Source: Bacteroidia bacterium (GTDB taxonomy: Bacteria; Bacteroidota; Bacteroidia; UKL13-3). From it: a DNA stretch of 64,000 bases. The position numbers and the translations under genes were made by a program. The stretch spans positions 82,357-146,356 of the forward strand of contig JAKLJI010000003.1 of assembly GCA_023151275.1 (NCBI GenBank), in the 5' to 3' direction. The notes beneath the pieces were generated by a model. It was not told the origin of the DNA. It saw only the letters and a list, made by a program, of their open reading frames with translations, and did not search any database. Shown here one piece after another: positions 38,285-47,676 of this stretch; within the stretch, counting starts at the first letter, position 1, and every line of letters starts with the position of its first letter.

Positions 38285-38660
38285 GGTCTTTGAAATTTTC
38301 TTGCGCAGGACCCATTTTGCTTCTGCCATTAAAACTGGCGCCGGCCTCAATAATTAATTTCGCGCACTGCAAATCACCGGTTATTGACGCACTACTTTTA
38401 ATAGCCAATATTTCAGCAACCTGAACATTTCCCAAAACTGTTCCCGAAACATCGCAATTGGTTGCAACCACGTTTCCTTCAACACGCGAAGAGGGACCAA
38501 GAACCAACTTGGCTTTTACGGTAACATTACCCTTCACCTGACCATCTATTCGAATATCACCCTCTGAATTAAGATTTCCTGAGAGCGTAGTTCCCGCATT
38601 TAGAATATTGATTTCCTGCGGATTGAATGAAGTATTCTTATCGCTTTTAAAAATTGCCAT
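38226..38660 (-). CDS. Bactofilin (CcmA/DUF583) cytoskeletal protein
   Basis: Repetitive G-x-V-x-G-N/D-V beta-helix pattern (IRIDGQVKGNVTV...VEGNVVATNCDVSGTVLGNVQV...ITGDLQCAKLIIEAG) with disordered charged termini. Confidence 0.7.
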   Translation of the reverse strand: MAIFKSDKNTSFNPQEINILNAGTTLSGNLNSEGDIRIDGQVKGNVTVKAKLVLGPSSRVEGNVVATNCDVSGTVLGNVQVAEILAIKSSASITGDLQCAKLIIEAGASFNGRSKMGPAQENFKDHGKTGAETKQAEDPSPAKG

Positions 38661-38669
38661 TTCAATTGC

Positions 38670-39551
38670 TTAAAAAGTTAACCAATCCTCCGGGTTAAGG
38701 GCTTTTCCATTTTCCCAGAGCTCAAGGTGCAAATGTGTTCCCGTTGAAGCTTCACCTGTGTTACCCACTATGGCCACCACTTCACCTGTACCAACAAACA
38801 TACCCACTTTTTTTAACAATGTCGAATTATGCTTGTAAATGCTCACCAAATTACCCGGATGCTGTATGGCGATTGTTTTTCCTGCATCGGGTGTCCAATC
38901 TGCAAAAATGATAGTTCCTTCTTTTACTGCCTTTACCGGCTCATTGGGAATTGCAGCAATATCAATGGCAAAATGACCGGCAGCTGGATCAAAAAAATTG
39001 GAAATCAAACCTTTGGATGGATTAATCAAAAATAAACCCGAGGAGGAAGCGCTCCGGTGATTGGGATAATTCGCTTCCAAATTAACAGGCCCTTTACTTT
39101 TCCAATTGCCGCTGCCTGATTCAAAATCCTTTCTAAATGCCAACTCCGATTCGCCCGGTTCAGGTTTTGCAGATGTAGATTTTAGCTGACCCGGAGGAGC
39201 AACTGTGTCCTGCAAACCCTCGCCTCCTTTAATAATATTAAGGAGATTCAGATAATAGGCCTCTTTCGCCTTTAGACTTTGCTCCAGCGAATCGGCTTTG
39301 AACAATAATCTTTTGATATTCCGTTTGGTTTGGGTATCGGTATAGCCGGGAACGTATTCACGTAAAGGAGTGTAAAAAATTAACAGGATAATCAGAATGC
39401 TAAGTGCAACCAACGAACTGCTGAAACCCACGAAAACATTCATGGGGGTTAGCTTGAAGGAGAATTTCTCTTCAAAACTTTCGTCGTTAATCAGAATCAG
39501 CCGGTACTTGTACCGGAGTTTTTGGATGAGTTTTTTTTTCGGCTGGTCCAT
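38670..39551 (-). CDS. M23/LytM-family peptidoglycan endopeptidase
   Basis: C-terminal GNTGEASTGTHLHLELWENGKALNPEDW and upstream HPGNLVSIYKHNS zinc-ligand motifs, with an N-terminal TM anchor. Confidence 0.8.
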   Translation of the reverse strand: MDQPKKKLIQKLRYKYRLILINDESFEEKFSFKLTPMNVFVGFSSSLVALSILIILLIFYTPLREYVPGYTDTQTKRNIKRLLFKADSLEQSLKAKEAYYLNLLNIIKGGEGLQDTVAPPGQLKSTSAKPEPGESELAFRKDFESGSGNWKSKGPVNLEANYPNHRSASSSGLFLINPSKGLISNFFDPAAGHFAIDIAAIPNEPVKAVKEGTIIFADWTPDAGKTIAIQHPGNLVSIYKHNSTLLKKVGMFVGTGEVVAIVGNTGEASTGTHLHLELWENGKALNPEDWLTF

Positions 39552-39625
39552 GTCTTTCCTTATTATGGTAAAGATTGGTTAAACTTGTGACCTAATTTTC
39601 CAAAGGTAATTAAACAACGGAACCC

Positions 39626-42292
39626 TTGCACCAGAAAAAGCATATCTTCCTCCTGTCTGTTTTTGCAGTAAGTCTATTACTGGCCTGTAATCCCACCAAG
39701 GATAAATGGCTTAATCGCAAGTGGCATACGCTTACCGGCCATTACAACATTTATTTTAATGGCGAACAGAAATTATTAGACGCAACTACCCAACTCGAAA
39801 ATGGGCATCCGAATAATTTCAATGAAATACTGAATGTATTCCCAATAGGGACAGAAGAAGCCGCGAAGGGAGTTTCCAATGTTCTGGATGAGGCTAGTAA
39901 AAAATTCTCGGGCACAATAGCACTTCATACCGTTGGTAGCTATACGGATGATGCCTATTATGGAATTGCACGTTGCCATTATTACAAGCGCGATTACTAC
40001 GCAGCCATTGAAGCATTTCAGTACATTCCTATAAAATATAAAAACACCAGCTACAAAAATCTCTGCAATAGCTGGATTGCCCGCTGCTATGTCGGTTTGG
40101 ATAAACTGGGTGAAGCCGAGGCCATTATTGGCTCTATGTTAACGAGCAAAAATTACCGGAAGGATGAAATTGCACATATTTTCGCAACGGCAGCAGATAT
40201 CAATATTCGACTGGGCAAATACAGCTCGGCCATAGAAAACTTAAATACCTGCTTAACAGGAAGCCTAAAAAAAGAAGAGCGCATTCGCTACCACTTTATT
40301 CTGGGGCAGCTCTGCGCCGAATCTGCAAAAAAAGCGCCGGCTATTGGAAACTATACCAAAGTAATCAAACTTATTCCATCCTATGATTTCGACTTCAACG
40401 CCACCATCAACCTGACTCGTTTATACGACTTAAGTAACAAGAAAAACCTGGCCATGGTAAGGCGCAACTTGAAACGGATGGCCAATGATGATAAAAACCT
40501 GGATTACCTTGACCAGATTTATTACGAATTAGGCAGATTGGAAATTGCTGCAAAAAACGAAGCCAATGCTATAAAATACCTCAGGCTATCCTCCGAAAAA
40601 AGCATCAAGAACAAGGCTCAAAAAGCAAAAAGCTTGAAAGAACTGGCGCTACTGTATTTCGCACGAAAAGATTATAAAAACGCACAAGCTTACTACGATT
40701 CAACCTTCATGAATCTAGACCCCAAGGACAAAGATTATGCGGTGATGAAAGCTACCAAGCTGGTATTAAGCGACCTCATTACCAATTTAACGGTGTTTGA
40801 GAAAGAAGATTCCCTCCAGGCCCTAAGCAAACTTAGCAAAGAAGCTCTTGAAAAGAAGGTTGACAATTGGATTGCCGCTGCCAAAATAAAGGCTGAACTT
40901 GAAGCCAAAGAGCGCAAAAAACAAGAACAAATTGCCGCAAGCCAACAAAACAACCAAAGCCTTACGAATGGTCCGGGCGGAGCTCCTCAATTGCCGGGAG
41001 CCGGAAGTGGAGCTTGGTATTTTTACAATACCACATTAATGACGCAAGGCTCTGCCGAGTTTTTTTCTGCCCGGAAATGGGGGAAACGCGAGAATACCGA
41101 TTATTGGCGAATTGCCGCGAAAGAAAAGCCGGCCCCAAATCCGGAAGAACAAGAAGTTGAAAAACAACCCAAAGATTCGAGCAATCAGGCCAAGGCTCCC
41201 AAAAAAATAAAAGAGGAAGCAGCACCCAAAACCTTGGGAGATGCCAACAAAGATGCTTGGTTGAAAGATGTACCCTTTACCAAAGAAAAACTGAAGGTAT
41301 CAAACAACCGCATTCTGGAAGCCTTGAACAATTTGGGTGAGATTTACCATGAAAAGCTAAACAACGAGGATGAAGCCATTCGTTATTTGCTTGAATTGCA
41401 AAAGCGTTTCCCGTTGAATGAATATGAACCCAAGGCCTATTACTTCCTTCACAAAGCCTACCAAAACCTGAAAAACACTAAAAAATCGGATGAGTATAGG
41501 GACCTGCTTTTCAAGGAATATCCTGAACATCCTTATACCCTCATCCTCCAAAAACGCGTTCCGGTAAATACCGAAAATGAAAGTAACAAAGCCTTATTGA
41601 ATGAATATGAAAAACTACTTTCGGCCTATAAAAATGGAAATTACCAGGAAGTAATTGAAGGAAAATCCGCCCTAGACAAAAAATATCCGGGCAACTCCTT
41701 AAAACCAAAATATGAATTCCTTTACACCTTAAGCTTGGGAAAAGCTGGAAAAACTCAAGAATTTACAGCCGGATTAACAACCTTGGTTTCAGCTTATCAA
41801 GGAACGGAGTATGCAGAACAGGCCAGTGCCATGCTAAAGGCCATGGACAAAGACAAACAGAAAAAGGAGATAATAGGAAAAGATTCTGCGCTAAAAGACA
41901 TTGACTTTGACCTGGAAACAGAAACCCCTTTCTATTATGTATTTGCTCTGAAAAATGACAAGGCGGATATGGCCGAAATTCAACGCGCATTTTCAGACCA
42001 CAACGAAGCTTATGCCGCAAATCAAAACCTGCGTGTAAATGCCATGATGAGCAACGAAGGTTATCAACTCATTCTGATTCGTGAATTCAAAAATCTATCA
42101 GAGGCCAATTATTACCTGGAAACATTGAAGGCCATTCAGTTTGCGAAAGAAAAGTTGAAACTGAAAGAAGGCGTCATGGAAACTGTAATCTCGGTAAAGA
42201 ATTTCAGAAACGCGTTAAAAGATAAAAAACTTGAAGCCTATCATGCATTCTACCCAACGCTTGCAAAAAAGGCCGTAAAATTGAATAAATAA
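39626..42292 (+). CDS. TPR-repeat outer-membrane lipoprotein (SprE/PorW-like architecture)
   Basis: Lipobox LLLAC-N, multiple TPR-like A/Y-rich helical repeats across 888 aa, and a Lys/Glu-rich central linker. Confidence 0.5.
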   Translation: MHQKKHIFLLSVFAVSLLLACNPTKDKWLNRKWHTLTGHYNIYFNGEQKLLDATTQLENGHPNNFNEILNVFPIGTEEAAKGVSNVLDEASKKFSGTIALHTVGSYTDDAYYGIARCHYYKRDYYAAIEAFQYIPIKYKNTSYKNLCNSWIARCYVGLDKLGEAEAIIGSMLTSKNYRKDEIAHIFATAADINIRLGKYSSAIENLNTCLTGSLKKEERIRYHFILGQLCAESAKKAPAIGNYTKVIKLIPSYDFDFNATINLTRLYDLSNKKNLAMVRRNLKRMANDDKNLDYLDQIYYELGRLEIAAKNEANAIKYLRLSSEKSIKNKAQKAKSLKELALLYFARKDYKNAQAYYDSTFMNLDPKDKDYAVMKATKLVLSDLITNLTVFEKEDSLQALSKLSKEALEKKVDNWIAAAKIKAELEAKERKKQEQIAASQQNNQSLTNGPGGAPQLPGAGSGAWYFYNTTLMTQGSAEFFSARKWGKRENTDYWRIAAKEKPAPNPEEQEVEKQPKDSSNQAKAPKKIKEEAAPKTLGDANKDAWLKDVPFTKEKLKVSNNRILEALNNLGEIYHEKLNNEDEAIRYLLELQKRFPLNEYEPKAYYFLHKAYQNLKNTKKSDEYRDLLFKEYPEHPYTLILQKRVPVNTENESNKALLNEYEKLLSAYKNGNYQEVIEGKSALDKKYPGNSLKPKYEFLYTLSLGKAGKTQEFTAGLTTLVSAYQGTEYAEQASAMLKAMDKDKQKKEIIGKDSALKDIDFDLETETPFYYVFALKNDKADMAEIQRAFSDHNEAYAANQNLRVNAMMSNEGYQLILIREFKNLSEANYYLETLKAIQFAKEKLKLKEGVMETVISVKNFRNALKDKKLEAYHAFYPTLAKKAVKLNK

Positions 42293-42300
42293 ATCGCTCG

Positions 42301-44508
42301 ATGTTTGATTTGCTTTTTAAAAATCCGTATTGGAAATGGTTGCGCTGGCTTTGGATAGGTGCATTTGCAGGTGTCTTTCTTTTTGCCGGTATATTGTTTG
42401 CCATCGCAAGAGGATGGTTTGGTGAATTACCTCCAATTGAAGAATTGGAGAATCCAAAAACCTACCTGGCAAGTGAAATTTATGCCGAAGAAGGAACACT
42501 TTTAGGAAAATACTACCTGCAAAACCGAAGCAATGCCAATTTTGAAGACCTAAGTCCAAACCTGATTAACGCACTAATTTCCACTGAAGACATTCGCTTC
42601 TACGAACATTCCGGCGTAGATAACAAGCGTTTATTTACCATCATCGTTTACAACCTGATTGGCAAACGGCAAGGAGCAAGTACCATCTCTCAGCAATTGG
42701 CGAAAAACCTGTTTCCTCGTAAGCGTTTCAAATACTTTCACCAGAAAGTCATCACCAAATTGCAGGAATGGATTACTGCAATCCGCATTGAACAACGCTA
42801 TACCAAGGAAGAAATCCTGACCATGTATTTTAATACCGTGGAATTTGGAGGAAACTCCTTTGGTATTCGTTCCGCTGCAAAAACATTTTTTGGAAAATCA
42901 CCCAAAGATTTAACCGCCCCTGAAGGAGCAATGCTGGTAGGCATGCTAAAAGCCATTACCCGCTACAACCCACGTATCAATCCAGCCAACGCTCTTAACC
43001 GGAGAAATACGGTATTGAACCAAATGGCCAAAAACGATGCCATTACCCGGGAAGAATGTGAAACGTTTAAAAAGCAACCCATTGAATTAAACTATCAGGA
43101 AGAGGACCATAACGAAGGTCTTGCTACCTATTTCCGCGAAACCCTGCGTATGGAGCTCCTGGATTGGTGCGAAGAAAACGGTTACAACCTTTACAAAGAC
43201 GGGTTAAAAATATACACTACCATCAACCCAACCATGCAAGCCATGGCCGAAGAAACCGTAGCTGAGCAGTTGAAAGAGCAACAGAAAAAATTCTATGCGC
43301 ATTGGAAAGGCCGCGAACCTTGGGGGCAATTCAAAGAATTGATTACCCTAAGCATGAAAAGGAGCGACCGTTACCGGATTCTGAAAGAAATGGGAAAATC
43401 GGAAAAAGAGATTCTCAACGACTTCAATACTCCTGTTAAGATGCGTGTTTTCAGCTATACGCGTGGTGAAGTAGATACTGTAATGACGCCACTTGATAGC
43501 ATCAAATACTACAAGTATTTTGCCCAATGCGGTATGATGAGCATGGATCCTGTTACCGGACGAATAAAAGCCTGGGTAGGTGGGCACAACTACAAATACT
43601 TCAAATATGATCACGTAAACTCAACTGCAAAACGGCAGGTAGGTTCAACCTTCAAACCGCTGGTTTACACCTTGGCCATCGACAATGGCTACAGCCCCTG
43701 CACCATGGTTCCGAACAAGCCTGTGGTTTTTGAAGATTACAACGATTGGGCACCTCAGAATGCCGATGACAAATACAGCGACCCCGAAATGAGTTTGTTC
43801 AGAGGACTTCAATTTTCGGTGAATAATATCGTGCTGTACCTCATGAAAAACTGTGTTCCGGGCGGACCAAAATCGGTGGTTGAATTGGCTCGTAAACTTG
43901 GAATTACAAGTAATTTGGAACCTTATCCTAGTATTGCACTTGGAACTTCAGACGTTTCCATTTACGAAATGGTAGGCGCATTTTCTGCTTATGCCAACAA
44001 AGGCTTATGGATTAAACCCACCTACCTGTTGCGCATTCAGGATAAAAACGGAAATACCATTTTTGAAAATGTGCCGGAAACCAAAGAAGCCATTAGCGAG
44101 CAAACTGCTTATGTAATGTGCAAAATGATGGAACGTGTAACTGCACATGGAACAGCAGCCAAGGTAAAATACATGTACCAAATTCCGGGTGCGGTTGGAG
44201 GTAAAACAGGAACCACTCAAAACTATTCCGATGGTTGGTTTATTGGCATTACCCCTACCCTGGTTTCAGGTTGTTGGGTAGGTTGGGAAGATAGAGCTAT
44301 TCACTTCCGAACCATGGATTTAGGTTCTGGTTCTGCCATGGCCATGCCCATTTGGGCCAATTACATGAAGAAGGTGGTGAGCAAACCCGGCTTGCTTCGT
44401 ATTGTTAACGAATGGGAAGCTCCGCAAAGTCCATTAACAATTGAAATGGATTGCAACAAGTTTCAAGCCGAGAAGCAAAACTCGGGAAAAGCTGATTTCA
44501 CAGAATAA
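42301..44508 (+). CDS. mrcA: Penicillin-binding protein 1A (bifunctional GT51 transglycosylase / transpeptidase)
   Basis: GT51 motifs EDIRFYEHSGVD and STISQQLAKN; transpeptidase STFKP (SxxK), SVN and KTGTT motifs; N-terminal TM anchor. Confidence 0.9.
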   Translation: MFDLLFKNPYWKWLRWLWIGAFAGVFLFAGILFAIARGWFGELPPIEELENPKTYLASEIYAEEGTLLGKYYLQNRSNANFEDLSPNLINALISTEDIRFYEHSGVDNKRLFTIIVYNLIGKRQGASTISQQLAKNLFPRKRFKYFHQKVITKLQEWITAIRIEQRYTKEEILTMYFNTVEFGGNSFGIRSAAKTFFGKSPKDLTAPEGAMLVGMLKAITRYNPRINPANALNRRNTVLNQMAKNDAITREECETFKKQPIELNYQEEDHNEGLATYFRETLRMELLDWCEENGYNLYKDGLKIYTTINPTMQAMAEETVAEQLKEQQKKFYAHWKGREPWGQFKELITLSMKRSDRYRILKEMGKSEKEILNDFNTPVKMRVFSYTRGEVDTVMTPLDSIKYYKYFAQCGMMSMDPVTGRIKAWVGGHNYKYFKYDHVNSTAKRQVGSTFKPLVYTLAIDNGYSPCTMVPNKPVVFEDYNDWAPQNADDKYSDPEMSLFRGLQFSVNNIVLYLMKNCVPGGPKSVVELARKLGITSNLEPYPSIALGTSDVSIYEMVGAFSAYANKGLWIKPTYLLRIQDKNGNTIFENVPETKEAISEQTAYVMCKMMERVTAHGTAAKVKYMYQIPGAVGGKTGTTQNYSDGWFIGITPTLVSGCWVGWEDRAIHFRTMDLGSGSAMAMPIWANYMKKVVSKPGLLRIVNEWEAPQSPLTIEMDCNKFQAEKQNSGKADFTE

Positions 44509-44524
44509 AACCAGCAATTGATAC

Positions 44525-44564
44525 CAAAAAAGAAGGGCGGTGCAAGCACCGCCCTTCTTTTTTT
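44525..44564. terminator. Bidirectional rho-independent terminator
   Basis: AAAAAA-GAAGGGCGGTG-CAAG-CACCGCCCTTC-TTTTTTT between the convergent mrcA gene and PLP-enzyme gene. Confidence 0.7.
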
Positions 44565-44575
44565 ATTGGCTAATC

Positions 44576-45736
44576 CTAGCCCAAAACCTGCTTCAAATCT
44601 TCCAGCAAATCTTCTACATCTTCAACCCCAACACTTAGGCGAAGCAAATTATCAACCACACCCGCAGCCTCGCGTTCAGCTTTCGGGATGCTGGCGTGGG
44701 TCATGGTGGCCGGATGATTCACCAAACTTTCAACTCCACCTAAACTTTCAGCCAATGTAAATACCTGAAACGAAGAGGCAATTTTGAAGGTCTTTTCCAA
44801 ATCGGCATTCTTCAACACAATGGAAATCATTCCTCCAAATCCACGCATTTGCTTCTTTGCAACTTCATGGTTTGGATGCTCTGTAAAACCGGGCCAATAT
44901 ACCTTTTCAATGGCTGGATGATTCTTCAAAAACTGAGCTACCTGAATTCCATTTTCGCAATGCGCTTTCATGCGCAAATGCAAGGTTTTCAAACCTCTCA
45001 ATACCAAAAAGCTGTCTTGTGGTCCGGGTGTTGCACCGCATGAATTGTGAATAAAGGCCAATCTGTCGTACAATTCCTGGTCGTTTACACAAAGCGCTCC
45101 CATTACCACATCGCTATGTCCGCCAAGGTACTTTGTAACAGAATGCATCACAATATGAGCTCCCAAATCCAATGGATTTTGCAAATAGGGAGAGGCAAAT
45201 GTATTGTCAACGGCAAGAATCAGATTTTTGTCCTTTGCAATCTTTGCGCAGGCTTCAATATCAACAATCTGCATGGTTGGATTGGTTGGTGTTTCAATCC
45301 AAATCAGCTTGGTTTTATCGTTGGTGTAATTGAGAATATTTTCGGGATTTGACAAGTCAATAAAATGAAACTTGATGCCAAAGCCGGCAAAAACCTTGGT
45401 AAACATGCGGTAGGTTCCGCCGTACAAATCGTTTCCTGTAATTACTTCATCACCTGGAGCCAACAATTTCGCAACTGCATCAATGGCTCCCATTCCCGAA
45501 CTAAAGCACAAGGCATGATTGGCATTTTCTAAAGCGGCCAAACATTTTTCAAGCGCGGTACGTGTAGGATTTTTTCCACGCGCATACGCATAACCTTTGT
45601 GTTTGCCCGGGCTTTCCTGCCAATACGTTGAGGTTTGATAAATGGGAGTCATTACCGCTCCTGTTGTTGGATCAGGTTCCTGCCCTGCATGTATGGCTTT
45701 GGTTCCGAATTTCATAATGGTTGAATTTTGCTGCAA
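44576..45736 (-). CDS. Cys/Met-metabolism PLP-dependent enzyme (cystathionine gamma-synthase / gamma-lyase family)
   Basis: The PLP-lysine motif HSVTKYLGGHSDVVMG and an N-terminal TKAIHAG. The start may instead be MKFGTK at 45715. Confidence 0.8.
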   Translation of the reverse strand: MQQNSTIMKFGTKAIHAGQEPDPTTGAVMTPIYQTSTYWQESPGKHKGYAYARGKNPTRTALEKCLAALENANHALCFSSGMGAIDAVAKLLAPGDEVITGNDLYGGTYRMFTKVFAGFGIKFHFIDLSNPENILNYTNDKTKLIWIETPTNPTMQIVDIEACAKIAKDKNLILAVDNTFASPYLQNPLDLGAHIVMHSVTKYLGGHSDVVMGALCVNDQELYDRLAFIHNSCGATPGPQDSFLVLRGLKTLHLRMKAHCENGIQVAQFLKNHPAIEKVYWPGFTEHPNHEVAKKQMRGFGGMISIVLKNADLEKTFKIASSFQVFTLAESLGGVESLVNHPATMTHASIPKAEREAAGVVDNLLRLSVGVEDVEDLLEDLKQVLG

Positions 45737-45826
45737 ACTTACAACCTAAAACCACAGGTGGAAATAAATCTTGAAAAGATTGGGAGATTTGGGTAAAAGG
45801 CTTAATTTTCTCCAAAATTCAGGAAT

Positions 45827-46192
45827 ATGCCTACGCAGTTTATCACTAAAATGAATAAAACCGAGGCTGGATTCCATTTGCTGATGACCCTGAGTCTGGC
45901 TGATGGAAGCATACAGCAGTCGGAAAGTAAAATCATTCTCGATTTTCTCGAAAAAAACTACAGTGAACCCATTGATTTGATTAAGGAACAAGCTTTCCTC
46001 AGAGCTTTGCCCGAAGAAGAACGGCAAAACCATTTTCACGAAACAGCCATTCAGTTTTACAAAATCTCCAGCGCTGAGGATCGCAACAAAATTATCGAAT
46101 TTGCCATGAAGGTGGTAATGGCCGATAAGCGCATGGAAACAGGAGAAAACGCTTACATCAACGAACTTTACGACGCTTGGGACCTGGCCTAA
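45827..46192 (+). CDS. TerB-like (tellurite-resistance TerB / DjlA N-terminal) domain protein
   Basis: Two helical ADG/ADK-containing repeats (LSLADGSIQQSESKII..., VVMADKRMETGENAYI...). Preferred over the longer antisense ORF 45746..46261, which has no recognisable features. Confidence 0.4.
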   Translation: MPTQFITKMNKTEAGFHLLMTLSLADGSIQQSESKIILDFLEKNYSEPIDLIKEQAFLRALPEEERQNHFHETAIQFYKISSAEDRNKIIEFAMKVVMADKRMETGENAYINELYDAWDLA

Positions 46193-46353
46193 ACCAGCCC
46201 ATTCAACACTTAAAAAGGTTATCCAATCGGGTAGCCTTTTTTGGTTTTTGGGCCTTGCCACTTTAAGTAAAATTTCGTTTCAGAAACTCAATGCCGTTCC
46301 AAGTGGCCCGGGTCATTTGCTTGTACTCCGCAGCAAATCCTCAGCGGCTACTT

Positions 46354-46419
46354 CCGCACAAAAAGGGCTTTCTCCGGCAGCCTTTTTGTGCGGGTATCCG
46401 CAAAGGCTTTGCTTTGCGG
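46354..46419. terminator. Tandem GC-rich hairpins (13-bp perfect stem CCGCACAAAAAGG/CCTTTTTGTGCGG, then 8-bp stem CCGCAAAG/CTTTGCGG) between convergent genes
   Basis: Read from the sequence; located in the 264-nt gap between TerB-like (+) and GH57 (-). Confidence 0.45.
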
Positions 46420-46456
46420 GGTACCGCTTCTGCCCCTAAGGCAAAGCCTTCACCCA

Positions 46457-47671
46457 CTATTCAATTCCTGCTTTTTTCAATTTCGGACTCCGTTTCCGCT
46501 TCAATTCCATGCTCAAATCACTCATCGCATTCATGAAATAGATATAAGCATCATAAGGGGAATCGTAAGGACTAAAATACTTGTGTACATCCCCATCAGC
46601 CCAATACTTAGTAGTCATGTAATAAAAATGATCTGATGTAAGCATCTTCTTCCAGGTATCAATAAACAGCTTATCACCGCTTCCATACACCTGTTCTTCG
46701 AGGCTGTAAATTTTCGCAATACTTTCATCTTGCATAGGATTTCCCAACCAAGCAGAAAGATCGCGCTCGGTATCTGCCCAGCTAATGAAATCGTGTGCAT
46801 CGTACACATCTTTTACCGCATAGGTATCCACAGTCTCACCAACAGTTTTAAATCCAAAATCGGGATGTTTCAACACATAGGATGGCAAATAGCGCATAAA
46901 TTCAAAAATGCCACTCTCTGCCCACTGGTGCTCGCCAAAAGTTTCATAATCCATAAACAGGTTTATGGTTTCACCATGGCCGGCTAGTTGATGCACCCAA
47001 TTGGCAAAACGATCTGCTGTTAATGGCCACTCACTCCAATTGCGGTCCGAAAAGCGGAAAGCAATATCATCGCTCATCCTGTAATTCTTCAACAATGATT
47101 TTATACCCGCATTCGGTGCTTTGTACAAATAATTTGGAGAACGATCACCCAATAACCGATCAACCCCTTCGCAAATTATTCCTTTGTATCCCATTCCCTC
47201 CACAAATGCAGCAAGCTCGTTGTTGTATTGCAATTCAGTGTTCCGAAAGACCCGAGGTTCCTGATTGAAGTATTTCTTCATCAATTGCCGGTGCTGATCA
47301 ACCTGCTTTTTAAACTCTTCTTTTGAGAAGATATAGGATAAAGAATGGTAATAAGTTTCACCAATAAATTCAACACAACCGGTATTGGCCAATTCAATAA
47401 ACGACTGAAGCACATCCGGCCTCCATGCTTCAAACTGTTCCATTGCAACTCCGCTAATGGAGTACGAAATGCGAAAATCGCCCTTATGCTTGTCAATCAA
47501 TTCAAGCATTAACCTATTCGTAGGCAGGTAGCATTTATCGGCCACTTTGTTCAGCACCTCCCGGTTTTTTAAATCATCAAAATAATAGTGGTTATGCCCA
47601 ATATCGAAAAAAGAATACGGCCTTAACCGAAAGGGCTGATGAACTTGAAAATAGAAACAAATAGATGGCAT
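46457..47671 (-). CDS. Glycoside hydrolase family 57 (alpha-glucan branching/amylase-type)
   Basis: N-terminal MPSICFYFQVHQPFRLRPY (the GH57 hallmark FHQP), ~400 aa. Start trimmed to an internal Met so it follows the GT4 stop. Confidence 0.75.
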   Translation of the reverse strand: MPSICFYFQVHQPFRLRPYSFFDIGHNHYYFDDLKNREVLNKVADKCYLPTNRLMLELIDKHKGDFRISYSISGVAMEQFEAWRPDVLQSFIELANTGCVEFIGETYYHSLSYIFSKEEFKKQVDQHRQLMKKYFNQEPRVFRNTELQYNNELAAFVEGMGYKGIICEGVDRLLGDRSPNYLYKAPNAGIKSLLKNYRMSDDIAFRFSDRNWSEWPLTADRFANWVHQLAGHGETINLFMDYETFGEHQWAESGIFEFMRYLPSYVLKHPDFGFKTVGETVDTYAVKDVYDAHDFISWADTERDLSAWLGNPMQDESIAKIYSLEEQVYGSGDKLFIDTWKKMLTSDHFYYMTTKYWADGDVHKYFSPYDSPYDAYIYFMNAMSDLSMELKRKRSPKLKKAGIE

Positions 47672-47676
47672 AAATT

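Noticed and set aside
45746-46261. 171-aa minus-strand ORF overlapping the TerB-like gene
   Set aside because: It has no recognisable motifs and a Phe/Val-rich low-complexity composition typical of antisense shadow ORFs. The + strand TerB-like ORF shows a repeated ADG-helix pattern, so I favoured it, at moderate confidence.
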